A stretch of 64,000 nt of DNA. It comes from a virus. Its lineage: Duplodnaviria; Caudoviricetes. Within the stretch, counting starts at the first letter, position 1. Each line of letters begins with the position of its first letter. Positions 56,537 to 64,000 of this stretch are shown in pieces. The position numbers and the translations under genes are program-made. The notes beneath the pieces are model-generated. The model saw only the letters and a program-made list of their open reading frames with translations. It was not told the DNA's origin and ran no database searches. The stretch spans positions 37,711-101,710 of the IMG/VR virus record IMGVR_UViG_3300010344_000850; one strand, given 5' to 3'.

Positions 56537-59311
56537 TTAATTTTTACAAAAAACCTTTTTGCGTATCGAACGTACTGTAGCAAATTCTTTTTCCCATTCA
56601 GCTAAAGCGAAAACCCTAAAAGCTGCTAGTAAATGGTCTTCCTCGGATACTACGCTATATACTGTTCTAGTTCCTGATTGAGTAGAGATAATTGAGTTAA
56701 GCTGAACATCTAATTTATAATCAATAGGGAGTAACATCTTTTCATCATAAAGAAGTCCCTTCAGTCTTTTCATTGTCCACTCACTCACATATTCTTCTTC
56801 AAAAACAGGTTTCCCGTCTTTATACATCGGATAGCCTTGTTCTGTTTTAGCTACCCCTATAGGAGTCTTTTCGTTGAATCCCACCCAAACCATATTCTCT
56901 TTAGGATAAACTAATTCTAAAGCTCTAAAAATCGCTCTTCCTTCTCCGTCAGTAGTATCAAGGGCTATTATGTTAGCTTCTAATAAATCTCCTAAGTGTT
57001 TAAAGATAATCTCCTGTTCCTTAGCCGCCAAATTATATACTGTAATATTATATAAATAATGATATTTTCTTATATCTCCGTTTGTTACAAGAGACATAAT
57101 AATAATTTCAGTAGGAGCTGTTTCTCCGATATCAGCCGCAATATAAATCATCTCAGCGTTTTTAGGACGCTCGACATTTAAAATATATTTAAAATTTTCG
57201 TAGTTTTCTTTAGTGATTTCAAAATGTTTGATTGTTTCGTTTTCTTTGTAACATTTCCTGACCCGAACCATATCCATCACTGATAAACCATCTTCGACAA
57301 CCTTCCCCTCTACAAAAATTCTATATTGTATTGAGTTTCCAGTCCAACAACACTTCCCTTTTTTCCTTATGAATAAAGTGTTATATTTAGGAGTTTCGAC
57401 GCACCATATTTTTCCTTCATAAGGAACTTTTTTAACATCTTCTTGATGAACTATAATTCTTCCGTCGCTATTGTTCCAAGTAACATGATATAAATCATGG
57501 TAATTTTCTTTTTCAATCTTCTCTTCTCTTACGGTAGCCCATCCGCCTACTTTAAAAATTAACTCTTGTATGTCGTCGGCTAACTGTTTTGAAGTCGTAG
57601 CAGCACTTCTATAATAATTCTCGTTGAATCTTCCGTCTCCTTTAAAATAAGTGTCTAAAAGAAGTAATATTTTCTCTTTAGGTAACTCTTTAACAAAGTC
57701 AGGAACTTTTTTATTATGAGAAAGATAACCGCAATTTTCTAAAAGATATTTTCCTACAGCTTCGCTTGTAAAGATAAAATTGTCATGTTTATCTGAAACC
57801 GATAAATTCATTCTTTTCATTAACTCATATATTTCTTTATGAAAGTCAGGATTAGCTAATTTAGATTGACTAATTTGAACACGATAAACATCATAATCGT
57901 ATTCTGAATATTTTTTTCTGTTGTGTTTATAAACGCAACCTTCTGATATAAACCATCCTAAAAATTTTAACCAGTCATCTAATAAAAACTCATATGAGAA
58001 AGAATTTGTACTGTTTTTACCTATTTTAACTATTTCGTTATCTACATTCTTCCCTTCCCACTCAAAGGTTCTAGGAATATAGAGCTTTTCATTAGGATAT
58101 TGAATATATTTGTAGAATTTATTTCTACAAGCTCTTGAACAAAAATACTTTTGTTTTTTAATAGGTTGAAGTTTTTTCCCGCATTCTAAACAAACGTCTG
58201 TTTTTTCTGTCTTTCTCTCTTGGTATTCTATTTTTCTATTTAAAAAATCCTCGACAGTTTTAAATCTGTTTTTAGTGTTTTTAATAGTATGACAAACTAA
58301 ACGATGTTTATCTGTAAAACAAAAATGAGCGTTTTCTTTGTCTATAAGATTAATATTGTCTTTATAATCGTAAACAAAAATTTGTTTTATTTCTTCATAA
58401 GAAGCTTTATTATTTTCTAAATTCAAACTTAAAACTCTATCTTCAAGAGTTATTTCGTTATATTTCTTCCATCCTCTTTTAGTTAAAATTTCAGTTTCAG
58501 AGTCAAAGCAGTTTTCTCCTCCATACTCTTTAATAGCCTTCTTCTTCTGTTTCTTATCCCATCTCGGATTAATCGTCTGAGGGATATTCATTACCCAAGG
58601 CTTTTTAGTCATGTCAAAGAAAGTTCTACCGCTAGGGGAGTATTTAGTAAAATTAGTCATTCCTGCCGCCCTAACAACACAGCCTAATTCACTAATAGCG
58701 TCGATTCGTTTGTTATAAACTTCATCAGTTTCAAAAGAAGCTTCTTCTACATATGTTCTAGTTTTATGTTTCTGAAACCATTGCGAACCAGGGTCTTTCG
58801 ACGAGAGAGCCATATTCACACTCTCAAGTAACCACCCGTTTCGTTCTATAAATATTCTATAGCTAGGACTTCTGTTGATTTTAGCTTTTAATTGTTTTAG
58901 AATAGGATGATTCTCAAGTCCTACAATAATCTTTTCTAAAATACCTCTTATGTGTAAAGCGTCTAAAGAAGTAAAAGCTATATCTTCATTTTCAAGTAAA
59001 AGAGTAGACAATAAAATATCAATAATTTCTACACAAAGGCTCTTACCGAAACGCCTACCTCCTAGAACATAACACTGCCCCGCTCCCTCTTTTAAGCGAA
59101 AGTTTTCTTTTTCACTTTTACTTTCGTCATAATCTAACATACAATCATAACTAAGAAGAGGAAACTGTCCTATACGAATTTCTGAGTGTTTATCCTCAAA
59201 TTGAGAAGTATTATCAAAATTAGAAAAAAGACATTCAGCTAAAGCTTCAGGACAATAAAATAGCTCGATAAAATCTAACTCTTCAGGCTGAAGCTTAGGA
59301 AGTGCTGCCAT
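56537..59311 (-). CDS. terL: Terminase large subunit with intein
   Basis: Walker A GGRRFGKS, Walker B YVEEA, nuclease AADIG, ALDTT, EDH. Confidence 0.9.
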   Translation of the reverse strand: MAALPKLQPEELDFIELFYCPEALAECLFSNFDNTSQFEDKHSEIRIGQFPLLSYDCMLDYDESKSEKENFRLKEGAGQCYVLGGRRFGKSLCVEIIDILLSTLLLENEDIAFTSLDALHIRGILEKIIVGLENHPILKQLKAKINRSPSYRIFIERNGWLLESVNMALSSKDPGSQWFQKHKTRTYVEEASFETDEVYNKRIDAISELGCVVRAAGMTNFTKYSPSGRTFFDMTKKPWVMNIPQTINPRWDKKQKKKAIKEYGGENCFDSETEILTKRGWKKYNEITLEDRVLSLNLENNKASYEEIKQIFVYDYKDNINLIDKENAHFCFTDKHRLVCHTIKNTKNRFKTVEDFLNRKIEYQERKTEKTDVCLECGKKLQPIKKQKYFCSRACRNKFYKYIQYPNEKLYIPRTFEWEGKNVDNEIVKIGKNSTNSFSYEFLLDDWLKFLGWFISEGCVYKHNRKKYSEYDYDVYRVQISQSKLANPDFHKEIYELMKRMNLSVSDKHDNFIFTSEAVGKYLLENCGYLSHNKKVPDFVKELPKEKILLLLDTYFKGDGRFNENYYRSAATTSKQLADDIQELIFKVGGWATVREEKIEKENYHDLYHVTWNNSDGRIIVHQEDVKKVPYEGKIWCVETPKYNTLFIRKKGKCCWTGNSIQYRIFVEGKVVEDGLSVMDMVRVRKCYKENETIKHFEITKENYENFKYILNVERPKNAEMIYIAADIGETAPTEIIIMSLVTNGDIRKYHYLYNITVYNLAAKEQEIIFKHLGDLLEANIIALDTTDGEGRAIFRALELVYPKENMVWVGFNEKTPIGVAKTEQGYPMYKDGKPVFEEEYVSEWTMKRLKGLLYDEKMLLPIDYKLDVQLNSIISTQSGTRTVYSVVSEEDHLLAAFRVFALAEWEKEFATVRSIRKKVFCKN
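57335..58510 (-). mobile_element. Intein 4 (LAGLIDADG, with Zn-finger insert) in TerL
   Basis: Starts CFDSETEILT; TDKH; FLGWFISEG and YFKGDG; ends CWTGN followed by Ser. Confidence 0.95.
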
Positions 59312-59314
59312 TTA

Positions 59315-60169
59315 TTAGTCCTTTGTTTCCTCTGTAGAAAAACTATTAAGCTTCTCAACAAGAGAATTAGGATTTAGAAGTTCGTGTTCCCATACAATTA
59401 AAGTCTTATATCCGTATTTCTCATAAGCTAAAATTCTTTTCTTGTCTCGTTCTTGATAATTAGGAAGACTGTGCCAATAATCTCCGTATAGCTCAATAAT
59501 TTTCTTCTGTCCGTTAATATTAATAAAATCAGGATTAAAACCCTCTATAAAGAATTCTCCATCTCCTACAAATTTATATTCTTTGGGAAACAAGAAGTTT
59601 AAAACCTTAATTAACTTTCTTTCAGGTTTATTAGGAGACACTCTGTTAGATTTAAGAGTTTTTCTTAAAACCTTTTCTTTATACTCTTTATTTTTCCATC
59701 TTTCTGTGCTAGAAATTCTAAGTTTTTCTTTATATGCATCACTATTTTGAGATATTTTTCTTTTCTCTATATATTCAAGGTTTTTATATTTCTCTTTAAT
59801 AGAGCGTTTAATTTTATCTCCTCTTTTTTTCTTTTCATCAGGAGACATTTTTTCATGAGAAATTTTTATTGCACAACTACTACATAAAGCGTCAAATTTA
59901 GGAATTCTACTTTTATAAACTTTTTTATTACATATAGAACAAAAATTATTAAAATAAGGTTTTTTGTTAGCTGCTTTGAGTTTATTAATACAATCTATAC
60001 AACGAACAGCTCCAAAAGAAACCTTTCCTTCACATTCAATACATTTTCGTTGTTTTCTATTTTTCTCTAAATTTTTTAAGTGGCAACTCCAACATCTCTT
60101 ATGAGAACTTCTTATTAAAATATTACACTCAGGACAATTCTTCATTGATTGACGAGAAGATTTATTCAT
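59315..60169 (-). CDS. Free-standing endonuclease: tandem Zn ribbons + Vsr/DUF559-like nuclease
   Basis: Six CxxC pairs; PNKPE, NPDF, IIELYGDYWH, RD, GYKTLIVWE. Confidence 0.8.
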   Translation of the reverse strand: MNKSSRQSMKNCPECNILIRSSHKRCWSCHLKNLEKNRKQRKCIECEGKVSFGAVRCIDCINKLKAANKKPYFNNFCSICNKKVYKSRIPKFDALCSSCAIKISHEKMSPDEKKKRGDKIKRSIKEKYKNLEYIEKRKISQNSDAYKEKLRISSTERWKNKEYKEKVLRKTLKSNRVSPNKPERKLIKVLNFLFPKEYKFVGDGEFFIEGFNPDFININGQKKIIELYGDYWHSLPNYQERDKKRILAYEKYGYKTLIVWEHELLNPNSLVEKLNSFSTEETKD

Positions 60170-61966
60170 TTATGAACATTCTTTCAAATTTAAATCTTCA
60201 AGCCCTTTATCATCTACCATACCAGCTTTGTTTAGCATCCACCCCACATAATCCGTTGAACAACCTAAAACATCAGCTACTTCTTTACGAGTGATTTTCC
60301 CTTGAACATAAAGTTTAATTAAATTTTCGTTAAAAAGAATTCTATCCTTAAAATAAGGGTGTTTAATTGTATCATAATGTTCCGTTCTCATTTTTAGTAA
60401 ACACATCTGACCGCAATGAGGGCAGTTATGAACTATAAAACCATCTACTATAAAATTATGAGTTTCAGTTGTTAAGTCAAAAACTTCTACTTCGTCTTCT
60501 AGCAATTCTACAGATACTATTTTCTCTTCTACAAAATGACTTCCTGATTTTAAAAGAATCTCGTTATATTTCTCACATTTTTTAGAAAAAGGAACATTAA
60601 AAGGAAGCTGTTTCCCGATTCGATAAGAAAACATTTTATTAGCTCTAGAGTTTTTACTATAGTAAAAATTTAAAAAACTAAGTACTTTTTCTAAAAGCTC
60701 TACTTTATTTTTTTGAGCTATATGTATATTTCCTGTCGAATCTACATATCCATCCCCTAAAACAAAACCCGCTAAGAATCCTAAGGATAAATCCTTGTTC
60801 TTTAAAAGATTTTCTTCGATTTTGTCTATTAAAACGTTATTCTGAGTAGATAAGGAATAATAAAAAGCTCCTTTTCCAAATCCGTTGTCTCTAAATTTCT
60901 TAGTATATTTGATTTTTAAGGTATTTAATATGTATTCTAGAGAGTCTAATTCACATAACTCGCTTTGGCAAATATGATATTTTTTTGAGAAATTCCATTT
61001 TAAGTGTTTAGGTCTATCGCACCAACCGTCAGATTCTATGAATCCTAACAAAACTCCTTCGTAATACTTGTTAATATCCTCTATTCCATGAAAAACTCTA
61101 ACGCTTCGTCCTAAAGATTTCTCTGCTTCTAAATATACTGAAGGAGAAGGGCGTTTTTTATCTTCAATTAATCTAGAATAAATTACATGTTCGGGAGTAC
61201 AGATTAATTCTTTTCCGTTTTCAGTTTTTAACTTTAATACTTTTTTATATCCCTTATTGTATGTTTTTTTTACTTTTTGTTTAACTAATAATAAGCCTTC
61301 TTTGTTTTTTACAGTCGTTCCTAGAATTTCATCCCCTTCTCTTATTTCTTGAATATTTTTTAAAGAAAAGTCTCCCATAAGAACTTTACTGTTTTTAGCT
61401 ATACAAACCATATTTCTACTCAACTGATTTTGTTCCCTATACTTCTTAAACTTTTTCTTAAGAGTATCAAGAAGCTCGATAGTGTCTTTTTTAGTATCGT
61501 CAAGTTTAGCCCTAGTAATACCTAACTTTTCTTTCGCCTCGCCTATTTGTTGTAGATTCTTATGAAGAGCATCAAGCTGTTGCATAGGAATGATTTTAGC
61601 TTCCTCATAAACCTTATTGATTGAGGCTTGAAGTCTAAAATTCATCATTTCAAGGAACAATAATTGTACTAAAGTATTTCTGTCTGAAACTGTTTCAATA
61701 ACATAAGTAGAAAGATACTTTTTAGCTAGTTTTCTAGCTGAACGTCTTTCTTCTTCTATAGGGAAAAGAGCGTCTAATTCTAGCTCGTCAATATTTTCTT
61801 TTTTAACATCAGAACCCGCTAATCCGTCATCATCTTTAGCTTGTTCTAAAGCTCGAATAATAGATTTTATCTCCTCATCGCTTTTTCCTTTATACTGATG
61901 AAAGTGCTTTGTACGTTTAAAAAGTCCTTCAACACGTTCTTCTAGAGTTAAAACTTTCCTTGCCAT
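60170..61966 (-). CDS. Putative terminase small subunit / DNA-binding protein with intein
   Basis: Upstream of TerL; helical region ending KEKLGITRAK; CPHC; C-terminal HTH ITRKEVADVLGCSTDYV. Confidence 0.5.
   Translation of the reverse strand: MARKVLTLEERVEGLFKRTKHFHQYKGKSDEEIKSIIRALEQAKDDDGLAGSDVKKENIDELELDALFPIEEERRSARKLAKKYLSTYVIETVSDRNTLVQLLFLEMMNFRLQASINKVYEEAKIIPMQQLDALHKNLQQIGEAKEKLGITRAKLDDTKKDTIELLDTLKKKFKKYREQNQLSRNMVCIAKNSKVLMGDFSLKNIQEIREGDEILGTTVKNKEGLLLVKQKVKKTYNKGYKKVLKLKTENGKELICTPEHVIYSRLIEDKKRPSPSVYLEAEKSLGRSVRVFHGIEDINKYYEGVLLGFIESDGWCDRPKHLKWNFSKKYHICQSELCELDSLEYILNTLKIKYTKKFRDNGFGKGAFYYSLSTQNNVLIDKIEENLLKNKDLSLGFLAGFVLGDGYVDSTGNIHIAQKNKVELLEKVLSFLNFYYSKNSRANKMFSYRIGKQLPFNVPFSKKCEKYNEILLKSGSHFVEEKIVSVELLEDEVEVFDLTTETHNFIVDGFIVHNCPHCGQMCLLKMRTEHYDTIKHPYFKDRILFNENLIKLYVQGKITRKEVADVLGCSTDYVGWMLNKAGMVDDKGLEDLNLKECS
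60425..61405 (-). mobile_element. Intein 5 (LAGLIDADG) inserted at a CxxC motif
   Basis: Starts CIAKNSKV; CTPEH; LGFIESDG and FLAGFVLGDG; ends FIVHN followed by Cys of CPHC. Confidence 0.95.
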
Positions 61967-62033
61967 ATGTTTTTATCTATCCTCTTTTTATATTACTGAA
62001 AAGCTTGTCGTTGTAATCCGAATGTAGTTTCAT

Positions 62034-62606
62034 TTAGTTATATTCAGCGTGAAAAAACACTCCTGCGTTGTCCTTTTTGAAGGTAGCTATGATTTTCTTA
62101 ATCTTATCACTCACACTAAGCTTCTCATTAAAATTCAGAACAAGGTCAGGTAAACGGATTTGAGAAGTAGTTCCTTGAATAAGTACTGAGGTAATCATAG
62201 CGATAAGGTCGAGTTCTCTCTTAGAGGGGGTAGGGTAAATAACTTCAGAAGCTTCTGTAAAGGTATAAAAATTATTAGCCGACAAATGAATTAAAGCCGA
62301 TTTAATATAACCGTTTAATTCACTATCAGAATATTTAGTATAAGTATAGTTCATTTCAAGAACATCTCCCGTAACTATCCCTGAAATAGAAACGGACACT
62401 TTCTTAGTGTCCGAATCAAAACTATAATCTCCGCTATCTAAAGGGTCAGCGGAGTCATTTAAATAAATTGTGTCAATATCGCTTATATTACTTTCAGATA
62501 AAGAAAACACATTACTAGTACCATAAATAAAAATATCCTGACCGTTCCTAGCTGTATCATTTATTAAATTACGGATTCTAGTTCTTAATTCTGAAAACTC
62601 GCTCAT
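62034..62606 (-). CDS. Head-tail adaptor-like protein
   Basis: LRTRIRNLIND ... YSDSELNGYI pattern with a beta insert; first gene of the late arm. Confidence 0.55.
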   Translation of the reverse strand: MSEFSELRTRIRNLINDTARNGQDIFIYGTSNVFSLSESNISDIDTIYLNDSADPLDSGDYSFDSDTKKVSVSISGIVTGDVLEMNYTYTKYSDSELNGYIKSALIHLSANNFYTFTEASEVIYPTPSKRELDLIAMITSVLIQGTTSQIRLPDLVLNFNEKLSVSDKIKKIIATFKKDNAGVFFHAEYN

Positions 62607-62653
62607 AGGTTTCCTTTTAAGTGAAATGTATAGAAAAGCTGTCTCTATAATTC

Positions 62654-62682
62654 TTAATATCTAAAAAACAACAAAAAGTCAA
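62654..62682 (-). promoter_or_regulatory. Candidate promoter for the virion arm
   Basis: TTGACT, 17 bp, TATTAA on the - strand about 50 bp upstream of 62606. Confidence 0.45.
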
Positions 62683-62819
62683 CCCCTATTATGATTTTTA
62701 ATCAATTTCTCCTATACAAATAATCATACATTTTTTTCATTTTTAAACATTTTAATTATAACTACTTTACATTTTTTTTAGTTCTCATAAATTCCCTTAT
62801 TTTTCCTAATAACTCCTTT

Positions 62820-63170
62820 TTTTCTTAAAAACCCCCTAAAATCCTTAAAATAACTATTGTAACAAAAAACACCCCTCTTTTGTGTTAAAAACAGCTAAAA
62901 ACTCACCCCCCTCAAAAAGGGGGTAGTTTAATTTGCCTCAAAATCAAAAACACCCCTAAAAACAGCCCTTTTTTAGACAAATCTAGTATAAAAACACCCC
63001 TATTTTCGTTCAAAAAAACACCCCCCTGTGTCCTACCCCTCCTAGAAAAAGATAAGCGATTTTAGACCCTAAAACCCCCTTTTTCATTTCCATAAAAATA
63101 ACAGGTATCCCTAGTACCTAAAAACAACACAAAAAGAGCTGTTTTCAACCCACCCCCCCCCCCCTCTCTA
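62820..63170. repeat. Array of A-tract/C-tract motifs (origin, packaging or terminus candidate)
   Basis: Repeated AAAA(C)ACCCC units near 62827, 62865, 62946, 62991, 63013, 63071 and a C12 run at 63153-63164. Confidence 0.65.
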
Positions 63171-63373
63171 GGACGCATAATCGTTCCAAAGATACAATCA
63201 GGTATATTCCTTTATAATTATATATCACGCTAAATTTAACCCCCCGTCATATTCATATTATTCATATATTTTATGAATAGTTTACTTATAACGGATTTGA
63301 ATATTTTTCTTGAAATAGATTTTTAGTAATTTACTCTGAAAAGTTTTAAGGTAAAAAATAGTTTAAAGTTATA

Positions 63374-63401
63374 TTGACATTAGTCGATAAATTCATATAA
63401 T
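63374..63401 (+). promoter_or_regulatory. Consensus sigma70 early promoter
   Basis: TTGACA (63374-63379), 16 bp, TATAAT (63396-63401), AT-rich upstream element. Confidence 0.85.
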
Positions 63402-63578
63402 GAAGGCGTTCAAAGTTCATTGATAAATCGGGATTCCGAAGTGAAAGACAACCGAAAAAAAATCGGCCGCTTGAGTCATTAGGAATCGGAGAATAAAAAA
63501 CGAAAGGAGGCGATAAAAAAATAAACTCGTCTCAAAAAAGTAAAATCACAAAAACAAAAACTAGGAGGATAAAAGAAA

Positions 63579-64000
63579 ATGAAGACAATAAAGAAGAAAA
63601 ACACCGCCTCGAAAATTCAAATGAAGATTTCCGAGTTTTTGAACGGTACGAAGATCAGTCAAGGAATGAAACTCGCTGAAGGATCGAAGAAGGTTTTAAA
63701 GTCAATTAAAACTTTCAAAGGACACGAAGCGACAAAGGAAGCCTTGACGGATAGGGAACGGAAACTAGTCCGCCCCGCCTCTAGTTATAAGGGAATGAGT
63801 TATGAAGCCTCTTTTAATTCCTTGAAGGCTAAGGGCGAATTAAAAGAAGGGAAAATAATAGATTGTAGATTATTTTCCTATCTTGACGGAAAAATCCTCG
63901 GCGGTATTTCGGGAACCGGAGATGAAATACTTTCCGAGAAATTCGGATTAAGAGCGAAAAAACTTTTTGACGGTCTGAACAAAAAGGGAATAAAGTTTTA
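63579..64000 (+). CDS. Basic early protein (stop probably begins at the window edge)
   Basis: AGGAGG RBS; 140 open codons MKTIKKKNTASKIQMK...KKGIKF, not in the ORF track. Confidence 0.7.
   Translation, partial: MKTIKKKNTASKIQMKISEFLNGTKISQGMKLAEGSKKVLKSIKTFKGHEATKEALTDRERKLVRPASSYKGMSYEASFNSLKAKGELKEGKIIDCRLFSYLDGKILGGISGTGDEILSEKFGLRAKKLFDGLNKKGIKF

Noticed and set aside
62820-63170. CRISPR array
   Set aside because: Units are short, degenerate and irregularly spaced, with no constant repeat-spacer period and no cas genes
1-64000. Alternative genetic code (TAG or TGA reassigned)
   Set aside because: Long genes are intact in the standard code, and both TAG (e.g. 8651, 24325, 54680) and TGA end genes; internal stops occur at only two loci

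Overview
This window is most of the genome of an AT-rich tailed dsDNA phage (siphovirus-type tail genes), with no integrase, tRNA, rRNA or CRISPR array detected. The + strand (1-24339) is a replication, recombination and nucleotide-metabolism arm: SSB-like protein, primase-helicase, two resolvase-type nucleases, RecA, family B polymerase, class II ribonucleotide reductase, DnaQ-like exonuclease, Mre11/Rad50-like pair and ThyX. The - strand (62606-24325) is the virion arm: adaptor, putative TerS, TerL, portal, a ~9 kb accessory/adhesin block, protease-scaffold, capsid, tail and tail tip. A ~1 kb repeat-rich non-coding region (62607-63578) carries divergent promoters and precedes a new + strand early gene. 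Selfish elements are abundant: five LAGLIDADG-type inteins and two free-standing endonucleases. Most notable: (1) a secreted, linker-less TonB C-terminal domain plus a small secreted Cys-rich protein directly after the receptor-binding genes, a candidate new superinfection-exclusion cassette; (2) a tape measure gene broken by two in-frame stops inside a hairpin; (3) a multi-stem structured element upstream of the primase-helicase; (4) a composite motif shared by two loci 46 kb apart; (5) several apparent catalytically dead mimics (receiver D-to-N, RmlD-like, ACP-like). All calls are by motif recognition; no database searches were run.
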